Source: a virus
DNA length: 64,000 nt
Direction: 5' to 3' (one strand)
IMG/VR virus record: IMGVR_UViG_3300032223_002232
Location: 64,001 to 128,000 of that record
Positions 39,370 to 49,532 of this stretch are shown here, one piece after another. The first letter of the stretch is position 1, and every line of letters begins with the position of its first letter. Made by a program: the position numbers and the translations under genes. Under the pieces are notes generated by a model. It was not told where the DNA came from. It saw nothing but the letters and a program-made list of their open reading frames with translations, and did no database searches.

Positions 39370-40048
39370 GAATTATAAAAAGAAAATTCTAGACAATGAT
39401 AATGTCTATGAATTTAAAGATGACGTTGAAGATGAAATATTAGACGATCATTATGATTCAAGAGATGATACTGATGTTGAATTAGAAATTCAAGATGATG
39501 ATGTCGATTTAGTTGCAGAAGCAATTGAAGTTGTCGATATTGTTGTTCAAAAAGAAGTTGTCGATATTGTTGTTCAAGAAGAAGTTGTTGTAGAAGAAAT
39601 TATAATAAAAAAAGGTAAAAGAATAGCAGATAAAACTAAATTCTATGTTGAACCTAAAAAGTTTGATGAAGAAATCATGAAATATTATGATTCTGGTAAA
39701 ATGAGCAATGAATTAGCAGAAATGGTTAGTAAAATTTCACACAAACTCAGCTATGCACCTAACTTTATTAACTATTCTTATAGAGAAGAGATGGTTGGTG
39801 ATGGTGTCATTAGAATGATGAAAGCTTTAATTGCTAAAAAATATAATCGTGAAAAGGGAACAAATCCTTTCTCATATTTCACTAGAATTGCGTTTAATGC
39901 TTTCAGAAACAGAATTAAAAAAGAAAAACATATACACGAAACACATGAAAAGTATCAGAAAGAACTTATGTTTATGTCTGAGCAATTTAGTAACATGTCT
40001 AAAAATAATAACATTCGTATAATGAAAGAAAGGAATAGAGAGTATTGA
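39326..40048 (+). CDS. gp55: late transcription sigma factor with long acidic N-extension
   Basis: PNFINYSYREEMVGDG, NPFSYFTRIAFNAFRNRIKKEK. Confidence 0.93.
   Translation: MKQKNTTTKKKKFNENYKKKILDNDNVYEFKDDVEDEILDDHYDSRDDTDVELEIQDDDVDLVAEAIEVVDIVVQKEVVDIVVQEEVVVEEIIIKKGKRIADKTKFYVEPKKFDEEIMKYYDSGKMSNELAEMVSKISHKLSYAPNFINYSYREEMVGDGVIRMMKALIAKKYNREKGTNPFSYFTRIAFNAFRNRIKKEKHIHETHEKYQKELMFMSEQFSNMSKNNNIRIMKERNREY
39527..39577 (+). repeat. 24-bp exact direct repeat (27-bp period) in gp55
   Basis: gaagttgtcgatattgttgttcaa twice, encoding EVVDIVVQ. Confidence 0.9.
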
Positions 40049-40081
40049 TATTTTCTATACATCTGTTATAATACACAGATG
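40045..40081 (+). promoter_or_regulatory. sigma70-type promoter for gp47 with AUG-sequestering inverted repeat
   Basis: TTGATA-16-TATAAT (extended TG), ATG 6 nt downstream; CATCTGT/ACAGATG. Confidence 0.7.
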
Positions 40082-41122
40082 CCAAAAATTTTAAATAAAA
40101 ATATAGGTTTATTTTCAGATATACATCTTGGATTGGGTCAAGATAGTAAAAACTGGCACAAGGTTGCTATTGATTTTGCAAAATGGGCATCTGAAAAGTT
40201 TAAATCTGAAAATATTGAAGAATTAATCATTCCCGGTGACATATTTCACAATAGAAGTGAAATATCTGTAGAAACTTTATCTATTGCAAAAGAATTTTTT
40301 GAATATTTTAAAGATTTTACAATTTATATTTCAACAGGAAATCATGATTGTTTTAAAAAGGAATCTAGTGATATAAATTCTATAAAATTATTAGATGGAT
40401 GGAATAACATTCATGTTATTGATAATGAACCATTAATTTTACAAACCAATTATAAAAAAACTATTGGACTTGTTCCTTGGGGAACAACTCTAGACAATTT
40501 TCCAAAATGTGATATTATGTTTGCTCACCTTGAAATTAATTCGTTTTATATGAATTCATACAAGGTTTGCGAACATGGATTCTCACATAAAGACTTATTT
40601 AAAAATTCTCCTTATATTATTTCTGGTCATTTTCATAAAAGAGATCATAGAAAATTTGAAAAGGGGGAAATTCTTTATTTGGGCAGTCCGTATCAGCACA
40701 ATTTTGGCGATACCAATGATGATAGGGGTATTTATATATTTAATATTGAAGAAAATTCATTTAAGTTTATCGAAAATAATATTTCCCCAAAGCACGTTAA
40801 GTTATCGGTAAAGACACTTCTTGAAAATTCCGATAAAGTAGATGATATAACAAAAAACAATATAATAAGTGTTGTTGTTGATACTAAAGTTGATCAAAAA
40901 GATATACTATCTCTACAAGCTAAGTTAGCATCAATGGGTCCAATGTCATTAAGACTTGATTATCAAGAACCAGATGAGAAATTATTATCAAACGGCAAAG
41001 ATGATGACTATCAAGGAGAAAATCTTTACAAAAATATAGAGGAGTACATTAACAATCTTGACATAGAAAACAAAAAAGAAGTTGTAGAATATGTAAAAGA
41101 GTTGTATAATTCATTAATATGA
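40079..41122 (+). CDS. gp47: recombination endonuclease subunit (Mre11/SbcD-like)
   Basis: SDIHLG, GDIFH, GNHD, SGHFH, YLGSPYQ. Confidence 0.95.
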   Translation: MPKILNKNIGLFSDIHLGLGQDSKNWHKVAIDFAKWASEKFKSENIEELIIPGDIFHNRSEISVETLSIAKEFFEYFKDFTIYISTGNHDCFKKESSDINSIKLLDGWNNIHVIDNEPLILQTNYKKTIGLVPWGTTLDNFPKCDIMFAHLEINSFYMNSYKVCEHGFSHKDLFKNSPYIISGHFHKRDHRKFEKGEILYLGSPYQHNFGDTNDDRGIYIFNIEENSFKFIENNISPKHVKLSVKTLLENSDKVDDITKNNIISVVVDTKVDQKDILSLQAKLASMGPMSLRLDYQEPDEKLLSNGKDDDYQGENLYKNIEEYINNLDIENKKEVVEYVKELYNSLI

Positions 41123-41874
41123 GACAAGATATAGGAATAGCAATATTAGATGTTTACACACAAGACGATTTAACAGCTTGTGTTGCACATTTACCAAAAA
41201 CAGATAACATTATTATTGTATCTGATACAAAAAACACAATACCAAATGTGTTTAATGTTAAAAGATATGGTAATGGTGTACCATTTGCAACATTGAGGAA
41301 TTGGGCAATATCACAATTTAGAATACAATGTGATATTAAACATATATTTCTTGTAAGTACAAATCAAATAACAAAAGATACAACTATTTTTGATAAAGTT
41401 ATTAAAACAGCTGAAACATTTGGAACAAGAGTGATATTTGGACCAGAAGTTAGTGTGTTATCAATTGAAGATGATGAAAAAGGTATAGATTTAAATCTAT
41501 CTGAAAAAATCAATACTGATTTCATTTACATATCCAACGATGTTGTATCAGAAGTTGGATATTTTGATGAAAGGTTTTTTAATACTAAAACTTTGGACGT
41601 TTTAGATTATATTGAAAGGTTAAGAGAAAAAAAACTTCATACACCTACAGGATTTAACCCAATGATTGTTGGTGACATACAAACAACAAAATCTAAAATA
41701 CAAAAGTTAAATTATAAAGAAATGGATGATCATGATAAGACTGTTGATATGTCCTATGCTTACTTCTTACACAAGTATAGCTATATACCAACACAAAATG
41801 ATCCTAAACCAGTATCTAATGATGATTTAATGAAAACTTTGGAGGAATTACAAACAAATTATGGATCAAAGTAG
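41119..41874 (+). CDS. divergent GT2-like protein
   Basis: IGIAI..., EVGYFDERF; no clear DxD. Confidence 0.55.
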   Translation: MRQDIGIAILDVYTQDDLTACVAHLPKTDNIIIVSDTKNTIPNVFNVKRYGNGVPFATLRNWAISQFRIQCDIKHIFLVSTNQITKDTTIFDKVIKTAETFGTRVIFGPEVSVLSIEDDEKGIDLNLSEKINTDFIYISNDVVSEVGYFDERFFNTKTLDVLDYIERLREKKLHTPTGFNPMIVGDIQTTKSKIQKLNYKEMDDHDKTVDMSYAYFLHKYSYIPTQNDPKPVSNDDLMKTLEELQTNYGSK

Positions 41875-42646
41875 AATTGGCATAGGTATAATCACATGTA
41901 ATAGACCTGATTTCTTTTTTAAGTGCTACGAGTCTATTCCTAGCAAATATGCTGATGATATTGTCATTGTTAATGATGGTAAACCATTTGATTTTATTGG
42001 CAAAGGTCATTTTATTCAACATGAATCTAATAAAAACGTAGGTTATAGTAAAAATGAAGCTATGGCATATCTTTTAGATGTAGGATATGATTATATTTTT
42101 ACATTAGAAGATGATATTATTATAAAAGATAGAGATATCTTTGAGAAATACATTGATGCATCAAATAAAACAGGAATTCAACATTTTAATTTTGGTTTTT
42201 CACAAAGAGAGAACCTTGATCATAATTTAAAACCAGTTTATCGTAAAACTATTGATTACGGTGATGTAAAAATTGTTTTAGCTCCCAATATCCTTGGTGC
42301 TTTTACATTTTATACAAGACATGCTCTTCAAACTGTTGGATTACATCATAAAGACTTTAATAAAGGTCATGGTGATCATTTAGAACTCACATACAGGGCA
42401 GCTAAACATGGATTTACCACACCATTCTGGTGGTTTGCTGATCTTTATGGTAGTTGGGACATGATTGAGAATCAAAGTAACTTCACAACAGACTCTGTTG
42501 TTAGAAGTAAGAATTTTGAACAGAACTTTAATGAAGCTAGATCTATATTTAAACGTCTTCATGGATGCGATATATTTGAAATACCACAATCATCAGAACA
42601 AGAAGTTATAAACATTTTAAAGAAAATTAAAAATGAGAGAAATTAA
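41861..42646 (+). CDS. GT2 glycosyltransferase
   Basis: IITCNRPDFF, IVNDG, FTLEDD. Confidence 0.88.
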   Translation: MDQSRIGIGIITCNRPDFFFKCYESIPSKYADDIVIVNDGKPFDFIGKGHFIQHESNKNVGYSKNEAMAYLLDVGYDYIFTLEDDIIIKDRDIFEKYIDASNKTGIQHFNFGFSQRENLDHNLKPVYRKTIDYGDVKIVLAPNILGAFTFYTRHALQTVGLHHKDFNKGHGDHLELTYRAAKHGFTTPFWWFADLYGSWDMIENQSNFTTDSVVRSKNFEQNFNEARSIFKRLHGCDIFEIPQSSEQEVINILKKIKNERN

Positions 42647-43352
42647 CTTTATAAGTGAAACACATTTAGGGGATTGTATTTTTACCACTGATTTTTTAAA
42701 TAAAATGATTAAACTTGATGATAACATCAAAGTTAATTTTTATATTTTTGAAAAACACAAACATCAAGTCACAGAACTGATTGAAGATCATGATAGAATA
42801 CATGTTTTAAACTATTCAGATGCACCTGTAACTGCTAATAGAGCTTGGATGGCACAATATGGTCAAATTACGCAAATCCCTTTTGATTTTACCAAATTAA
42901 AAATGGATTTTTATGACATTCTTTGCAAAGAACTTAAATTGCCAAATCCATATAAAGATAAAATAGATTTATTATTTGATCATAAAGATTTAATTGGTAA
43001 GGATTATACTGCGGATATACTTTTACTCAATTCAGATCCACTTAGCAATCAATTAGGTGGTGGAAATTTAGATTGTAGTTCCTTTTTAGAGAAATTCAAA
43101 GATAAAAAGATTATAACAACTAAAAAAGTTGATGGATTCCCATGCACATTGGATTATAATTATTCAATCTTTGATATTGCAAATATTTCACTTGGTATAA
43201 GTAAAATCATTGGTGTTCATACTGGACCTTGGCACGTTATTATGAATAGAAAGAACTATAATATGGGTAAAAAGTTCTACTATATAGATAATAACTGCTG
43301 GTATACATATGATAACTGCATAAAAATAAAAGATTTAACCGTATTTAACTAA
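42633..43352 (+). CDS. GT9-like glycosyltransferase
   Basis: HLGDCIF, IIGVHTGPWH. Confidence 0.6.
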   Translation: MREINFISETHLGDCIFTTDFLNKMIKLDDNIKVNFYIFEKHKHQVTELIEDHDRIHVLNYSDAPVTANRAWMAQYGQITQIPFDFTKLKMDFYDILCKELKLPNPYKDKIDLLFDHKDLIGKDYTADILLLNSDPLSNQLGGGNLDCSSFLEKFKDKKIITTKKVDGFPCTLDYNYSIFDIANISLGISKIIGVHTGPWHVIMNRKNYNMGKKFYYIDNNCWYTYDNCIKIKDLTVFN

Positions 43353-43354
43353 TT

Positions 43355-44026
43355 ATGATCACATACTTCAACAAAAACTACTTGGATTATATCCTCTTAC
43401 AAAGAACAAGACTCACAACAGAGTATAAAGTTACAGCAGAAAGCAATGAAAGAGATATTTCATATGCATTATCAGTAATGGGTTATAGAGATCTTGAATT
43501 AATAAGTCCATTTCTTCCAAACAATAAAAATATTGATTACAATGTTTTAGATATTGGTTGTGGTCTTGGTGTTATAGATGTACTTCTAAGCAAACATTAT
43601 CCAAATGCAAATTTTTATTTGCAAGATAAGAGCGAAGAAATTGATTCTACAAAAAAATACAATGGTTTTAATGAAACATATCAATATTATAATAATATAG
43701 ATTTATTAAAAGAGTTTGTAACTAATAATGGTATTAAAAATTTTGAAATTATTGATGGTGCTAATTTATATGATACAAATTTAAAATTTGATGTAATAAT
43801 GTCATTACTTTCTTGTGGGTGGCACTATTCACTTTTAACTTATTTAGAATTTATTAAAACACATCTATCGGATGAAGGAATTTTAATTATTGATGTTAGA
43901 AATGAAACCGAAGAGGGATTACTTTATGAATATTTCCATAATGTTAATAGGATTTTCAATCCATACGAGAAAAGACATGATGGTGGCATAGTAGGTTATC
44001 GTTATGTTTGCACATTATTAAAGTAA
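43355..44026 (+). CDS. class I SAM-dependent methyltransferase
   Basis: VLDIGCGLG, KFDVIMS, LSDEGILII. Confidence 0.88.
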   Translation: MITYFNKNYLDYILLQRTRLTTEYKVTAESNERDISYALSVMGYRDLELISPFLPNNKNIDYNVLDIGCGLGVIDVLLSKHYPNANFYLQDKSEEIDSTKKYNGFNETYQYYNNIDLLKEFVTNNGIKNFEIIDGANLYDTNLKFDVIMSLLSCGWHYSLLTYLEFIKTHLSDEGILIIDVRNETEEGLLYEYFHNVNRIFNPYEKRHDGGIVGYRYVCTLLK

Positions 44027-44028
44027 AC

Positions 44029-44982
44029 ATGAAATATTTCATAGCTGGTAATGAAATACATTCAGATAAGAATCTTCAATCTGGACCATTAGAAAATTAT
44101 TATGAATTAGGGTTTGAATGTGTTTATACACATTTATTAGCCAAAAGATTCATAAATGATGGTACGTTAAATGTAAATGAAGATGTTGTTGTTACATGTG
44201 AAGGTAGAGAATTCTTTTATAACAACTATATTAAAACGATAACATGGAAAGAATTTGAAGAAATCAAATTAACTCAATTAACGACAACAATTAATGGTAC
44301 AGAATATCTTTTAAATAACATATTTAAAGAAACAGAGGTTTTCCATGATCTTTATATGGAAGGTAGTGCACCATTTGGTAAATTATTTAATCCAACTTTA
44401 CCTGAATCAGAAAATTACAACAATTATGTTAAAACTGGTACACCAAAGTACAAATACTTCCAAGAAGATTATGATTTAATTACAAATTTAAATTTTAATA
44501 AAGAATTAATTATACCTGATCAGAAATATATATGTTTTAATCGTAGATTTAGGAAACATAGAGAAGAATTTAATATGTCAAAAGACTATGCAGTTAAATT
44601 AATGCAAAATTTAATTGAAAAGTTCAATGTTAAAATTTATATCACAGGTTATCATAATGAAAAATTTGAAACTGTCATGGATAACGTTAAATGGGTAAAT
44701 CTTAGAGATTGGTGTACATTAATGAATCATGATAATTGTTTTGCAGCTGTACAAAACCAAACAGGCACAACTAACCTATCTCAGATAGCTGGAAAAGAAA
44801 GACTTTTAAATATTGTAATCAATAATGATGAAACAATGTTTACAAATCCGTTATATTTTAATGGAAGAAGACCAGATGTTCTTGGTAAAGCTGTTAATTT
44901 TAAAAAACTAAGAAATATTCTTTATAGAGGTGCTCAACCATCTATTGATGATATAGTTAAAAACATAGAACAATATGCTTGA
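44029..44982 (+). CDS. hypothetical protein in glycan island
   Basis: About 317 aa; possible GT-B C-terminal half; start re-called at 44029. Confidence 0.6.
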   Translation: MKYFIAGNEIHSDKNLQSGPLENYYELGFECVYTHLLAKRFINDGTLNVNEDVVVTCEGREFFYNNYIKTITWKEFEEIKLTQLTTTINGTEYLLNNIFKETEVFHDLYMEGSAPFGKLFNPTLPESENYNNYVKTGTPKYKYFQEDYDLITNLNFNKELIIPDQKYICFNRRFRKHREEFNMSKDYAVKLMQNLIEKFNVKIYITGYHNEKFETVMDNVKWVNLRDWCTLMNHDNCFAAVQNQTGTTNLSQIAGKERLLNIVINNDETMFTNPLYFNGRRPDVLGKAVNFKKLRNILYRGAQPSIDDIVKNIEQYA

Positions 44983-45709
44983 TTTAAAAAACGTTACTAT
45001 TGTATCTATTAATACTAGAGATCCTGAATTAAGCATTAAAGCTATTGAAAGATCATGCAAATATATTAATTTTGGAGAAAATTTATTGCTAACTGATAAA
45101 GATCTTAAACATGAGAATATAAAAATTGTAAAAATACCAACAATAAAGTCTTTAAAAGAGTATAGTTTATTTTGTATTAAAAATTTACATAATTATATTG
45201 ATACGGAACATTGTTTATTAGTGCAACCAGATGGATTTGTTACAAATCCTTTCATGTGGTCTGATGAATTCTTACATTATGATTATGTAGCTGCTCCTTG
45301 GGATAAACTTTTATCACAAAGAGGTCTTTGGATGTGTGGCATGTTAAATATGGATCTAGAAGCCGTTCCAATTATTATTGGTAATGGTGGATTTTCTTTA
45401 AGAAGTAAAAAATTCTTAAAAGAATCATCAAAATTAAATTTTAATATTGATTTACCAGAAGATGCATTTTTATGTATTAAAAGTAGAAAAACATTATTAG
45501 ATAGAGGTATAAAATTTGCACCACTTAGTGTTGCAAAAAGATTTTCACTTGAAAGTCCTATTGATTTAAATGAAAAAAATGTAACTCTTGATGCGCATTT
45601 TGGATTTCATGGTACACATGAATTCAAAAAACCACTTATGGATCTTTTAGATAACATTGAAAATGATGTTGAATCTGTTAAGTTAATCAAAAAGTTCTAT
45701 GAGTCTTGA
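44975..45709 (+). CDS. DUF5672-like putative glycosyltransferase
   Basis: LLVQPDG, WSDEFLHYDYVAAPW, GNGGFSLRSKK, FGFHG. Confidence 0.85.
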   Translation: MLDLKNVTIVSINTRDPELSIKAIERSCKYINFGENLLLTDKDLKHENIKIVKIPTIKSLKEYSLFCIKNLHNYIDTEHCLLVQPDGFVTNPFMWSDEFLHYDYVAAPWDKLLSQRGLWMCGMLNMDLEAVPIIIGNGGFSLRSKKFLKESSKLNFNIDLPEDAFLCIKSRKTLLDRGIKFAPLSVAKRFSLESPIDLNEKNVTLDAHFGFHGTHEFKKPLMDLLDNIENDVESVKLIKKFYES

Positions 45710-46394
45710 TATAATATACAGATGTTGCAATGCAGAGATAAATCCACCATTTAAGTGGGTTAGACCACCTTGGTTTAATAAATTAGCATGTCTTAAATCA
45801 TTTTTAAAATCAGTAGACTCTAATAAATTTTATATAGGTAAAGTTATTTTTGTTCATGATGGTCCAAAAGGAGAACTTTATGATAATATTCCAAAAGAAT
45901 TTGAAATTATTTCAGTTGATTACAAAGATAATGAACTTAGTTTATTAGAAACATTCAAAGTTGCTGATAAATTAAAAAATAATGTTTATTTTGTGGAAGA
46001 TGATTATCTACATTTAAAACATTCTATTCAATATATTGCTCAAGGCGTCGAAAACTTTAAACTTGTCACTGGATATGATCATTTAGATCGTTATAAGCGA
46101 GACGATGATATAACTTTTGGTAAAGAACATATAGCTTTTTCTAAAAAAACTAATTGTCATTGGAGAACAGCAGAATCAACGTGCTGTACATGGGCAACTA
46201 CAAGAGAATTATGGCGTGGTGCGGTTGGAGATTTTGCAAAAACTTATAGATTACAAGATCGTCAATTATTTAGAGGTCTTTATAATCAACATAACATAAG
46301 ACTTTGGAATCCAATACCAGCAGTTACAACACAAGTTGATATAAATTTATCACCCGGTATTGATTGGGAAGCTTTTCAATCTAAATTAATTTAA
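45699..46394 (+). CDS. GT-A fold glycosyltransferase
   Basis: VYFVEDDYLH. Confidence 0.7.
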   Translation: MSLDIIYRCCNAEINPPFKWVRPPWFNKLACLKSFLKSVDSNKFYIGKVIFVHDGPKGELYDNIPKEFEIISVDYKDNELSLLETFKVADKLKNNVYFVEDDYLHLKHSIQYIAQGVENFKLVTGYDHLDRYKRDDDITFGKEHIAFSKKTNCHWRTAESTCCTWATTRELWRGAVGDFAKTYRLQDRQLFRGLYNQHNIRLWNPIPAVTTQVDINLSPGIDWEAFQSKLI

Positions 46395-46395
46395 T

Positions 46396-47115
46396 ATGGA
46401 TAATATTACTCATTCAGTTTGGGTAGGTTTAAATGATCTTTCTTTGATGGAAAGATTAACTTTATCTTTATTGGTAAAAAATGGTTACAATCCAATTCTT
46501 TGGTGCAACAATGAATTAAAAAATGTACCAAAAGGTGTAACTTTAAAACAAATACCTAAAGATATTATTCAACCAATAGGATATAGGGGGAAACCAAATA
46601 ATACTTTTAATGGTGGTATTGGTTCTTATGCTCTTTGGGCTGATTATTTTTCATTTTATACATTATACATGGAAGGTGGGTTATGGGTTCAAATGGATGT
46701 TGCAATAACAAAACCAATTGTAAATGAAAAAGAATATTGGTTTAATCCTTGGGCAAATGGTGTTGGTGTTATGGTATTAAAAATGCCAAAAGGTAATATT
46801 ATCTGTAAAGATATATTAAATAGAATACATCCTCATGTTTTAAATGGGTTTGAAAGTTCATATTGGGAAGTAACAATGGAATTATTATCATTTTTGATTA
46901 AAAAATATGATATTCTAGATCAATCATATATATTTGGTGACGAATATATTGATTGTGGTGGGAATCCCAATTCAATTTTTAGAAATCCCTCTGATAAGAA
47001 CTATCAAATAATACATTGGTCGAATGCATCACATATTACAGAAAAAAATAATCCAATAGTTAGTAGTGAATATCATAGATTATGTCTTGAATGTGGTTTA
47101 TTAGATAATAAATAA
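46396..47115 (+). CDS. GT32/Gly_transf_sug-like glycosyltransferase
   Basis: HSVWVG, ERLTL, ADYF...LYMEGGLWVQMDV (DxD appears as QMD). Confidence 0.75.
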   Translation: MDNITHSVWVGLNDLSLMERLTLSLLVKNGYNPILWCNNELKNVPKGVTLKQIPKDIIQPIGYRGKPNNTFNGGIGSYALWADYFSFYTLYMEGGLWVQMDVAITKPIVNEKEYWFNPWANGVGVMVLKMPKGNIICKDILNRIHPHVLNGFESSYWEVTMELLSFLIKKYDILDQSYIFGDEYIDCGGNPNSIFRNPSDKNYQIIHWSNASHITEKNNPIVSSEYHRLCLECGLLDNK

Positions 47116-47119
47116 GAAA

Positions 47120-47665
47120 ATGAGCATAGAAGAACTATATATTCAGAATAAAGAAAACCCTTCCGATATAAATGAGCATCTAGAGACTCTTTATAAGTAC
47201 GCTAAAGAGTGTAATACCATTGCAGAATTTGGTCTTAGATGGGTTTGTAGTTCATACGCTCTAGCTCATGCTAGACCACAAAAATTAATTTGTGTTGATA
47301 TCAATAATCATGGAAACGTTGACAGTTTTATTGAATTATGTAAGATGGAAAATATAAATGCAGTATTTCATCAAGCAGATACAAGAAATTATGAATTGGA
47401 AGAGGTTGATATGCTTTTTATAGACACTCTTCATACATTTGATCAGTTAACAAAAGAATTAGAAATACATCCACCAAAGGTAAAAAAATACATGATGTTT
47501 CACGATACTGTTTCATATGGTAATGTCGATGAAATGACAGGTCAAACTGGTGAAAATCATGGTTTAATACCAGCAATTAAAAACTTTTTAAAGAATAATC
47601 CACATTGGCAAGAGCTTGAAACTCATACAAACAACAACGGTTTAACCATTCTTAAAAGAGTATAA
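47120..47665 (+). CDS. Methyltransf_24-like SAM methyltransferase
   Basis: SDINEHL, AEFG, DMLFIDTLH, FHDT, NNGLTIL. Confidence 0.85.
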   Translation: MSIEELYIQNKENPSDINEHLETLYKYAKECNTIAEFGLRWVCSSYALAHARPQKLICVDINNHGNVDSFIELCKMENINAVFHQADTRNYELEEVDMLFIDTLHTFDQLTKELEIHPPKVKKYMMFHDTVSYGNVDEMTGQTGENHGLIPAIKNFLKNNPHWQELETHTNNNGLTILKRV

Positions 47666-47706
47666 AAAAGAATTGCAAGTTTCAATATTCTGTATACAAT
47701 ATAGGC

Positions 47707-49503
47707 GTGAAGAATATTGTTTTTAGTAAAATAAAGATTCAAAACTTTCTATCTATTGGTGAAAATCCAATTGAAATTGATTTTATCAAAGGTGTAACCA
47801 TTATTACTGGTGAAAATAAAGATAAGGGTGGTAAAAATGGAATTGGTAAAAGTACTATAGCAGATGCATTATATTGGTGTCTGTTTGGTAATACTATTAG
47901 AGAGTTAAAGAAGGATAAGATTCAACATAATAAAAATAAAAAGGAATGTGAAGTAATATTACAATTTTCCGTATCAGATGGAAAGAATGTTACATCATAT
48001 ACAATTAAAAGAATTCTTGATCCAGCAAAAATAGAAATTTCATCTGGTGATAATGATTTAACTCTATCCACAATTCCCAAGAATGATGAATTTATTAAAG
48101 AATTAATTGGTGCTAATGAAGAAGTGTTTAATAATGCAGTTGTAATGTCATCAAACAATACAATCCCATTCATGGCTCAGAAAAAGACGGATAAAAGAAA
48201 ATTCATTGAAGGTATTCTTCAATTAAATATTTTTAGTGAGATGCTTCTTAAAACAAGAGCAGAATATAATGACATAAAAAAAGAAAATGATCTATTGAGT
48301 AACAATTTTGTCAATGAACAACGCATGTTATCAACATTAAATGATAATAAATCAAACTTTGATGATAGTAAATCATCACGCATTAGTATATTCTTAGAAA
48401 AAATTAAAAATACATCAGAACAGATAGATTTTTTAAATAAACAAAACATACCTGATGTTAAAACTATAAAAGATAATATTAAAAAGTTAGAAGATAAGAA
48501 AACTGAACTAGGCGAATCATTAAAAGAAACAAATAAGAAGATTATTGACATTGGTAAACAATATACGTCTATATATGACAAGCTAAGAGATGCAAAAAAT
48601 GATAAGAAAAAGATTTTAGATAAAGGTAATACTTGTCCAACTTGTAATAGGTTATATTGTGAAGACGATTTAGATCATGTTGCAAAAGAAATTGAAAAAT
48701 TAGATAAAATTATTAATGATAATCAACCTATTTATGATGATTTAATTGAAACTAAGAAAGAAAATGAAACTCTTGGTAGTAAGATCGTTGATAAAATTGA
48801 AAAAGTAAAGGATATGATAAAGGATCTAAATGATGATATAACCAAAGCATCACTTCATGATCAAAAAATTAAAACTTTAACTGAAAAGATTACTGAATAT
48901 AGAGAAAATATTCGTGAAATTGAAACAGAAACGTTTAAAGATGATAGTAAGATTACGGAATGTGAAGATAACATTAAAAAGATAGAGAAAAATCTTAAAA
49001 AGATTAAAAAAGACATGGCAGTTTTAGATTCCGTTAAGTTTATTGTATCGGAAGAAGGTGTTAAGACTTATATTGTTAAAAAAATCATTAATGTTCTTAA
49101 TACTCGTCTTAACTATTATCTTAAAACTCTTGATGCTCCATGTAAATGTGAGTTTGATGAGATGTTTGAAGAGATTATCTACAATGATCAAGGTAAAGAG
49201 TGTTCATATTTTAATTTTAGCGGTGGAGAACGTAAAAGAATTGATACAGCAATACTTTTTACATTCCAAGATATCATGAGATGTCATTCTGGAACATCAT
49301 ATTCACTTAACATTTACGATGAATTATTTGATTGTGCATTAGATACAAAGGGAACTGATAAAATACTTCAGATTTTAAAAGAAAAGGTTGAAAAATACAA
49401 TGAATCAGTGTATATTATAAGTCACAAATCAAACGATTTAAGTAACATTGATAATGTAATCTTTTTAGAAAAAGAAAATGGTGTTACAAAAATTAAAACT
49501 TGA
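47707..49503 (+). CDS. gp46: recombination endonuclease ATPase subunit (Rad50/SbcC-like)
   Basis: IQNFLSIG, NGIGKST, Zn hook CPTC, FSGGE, IYDE, ISH; GTG start 6 nt after TACAAT. Confidence 0.95.
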   Translation: MKNIVFSKIKIQNFLSIGENPIEIDFIKGVTIITGENKDKGGKNGIGKSTIADALYWCLFGNTIRELKKDKIQHNKNKKECEVILQFSVSDGKNVTSYTIKRILDPAKIEISSGDNDLTLSTIPKNDEFIKELIGANEEVFNNAVVMSSNNTIPFMAQKKTDKRKFIEGILQLNIFSEMLLKTRAEYNDIKKENDLLSNNFVNEQRMLSTLNDNKSNFDDSKSSRISIFLEKIKNTSEQIDFLNKQNIPDVKTIKDNIKKLEDKKTELGESLKETNKKIIDIGKQYTSIYDKLRDAKNDKKKILDKGNTCPTCNRLYCEDDLDHVAKEIEKLDKIINDNQPIYDDLIETKKENETLGSKIVDKIEKVKDMIKDLNDDITKASLHDQKIKTLTEKITEYRENIREIETETFKDDSKITECEDNIKKIEKNLKKIKKDMAVLDSVKFIVSEEGVKTYIVKKIINVLNTRLNYYLKTLDAPCKCEFDEMFEEIIYNDQGKECSYFNFSGGERKRIDTAILFTFQDIMRCHSGTSYSLNIYDELFDCALDTKGTDKILQILKEKVEKYNESVYIISHKSNDLSNIDNVIFLEKENGVTKIKT

Positions 49504-49532
49504 ATTGTTAAACAATTTTTCTAAATTTACAT

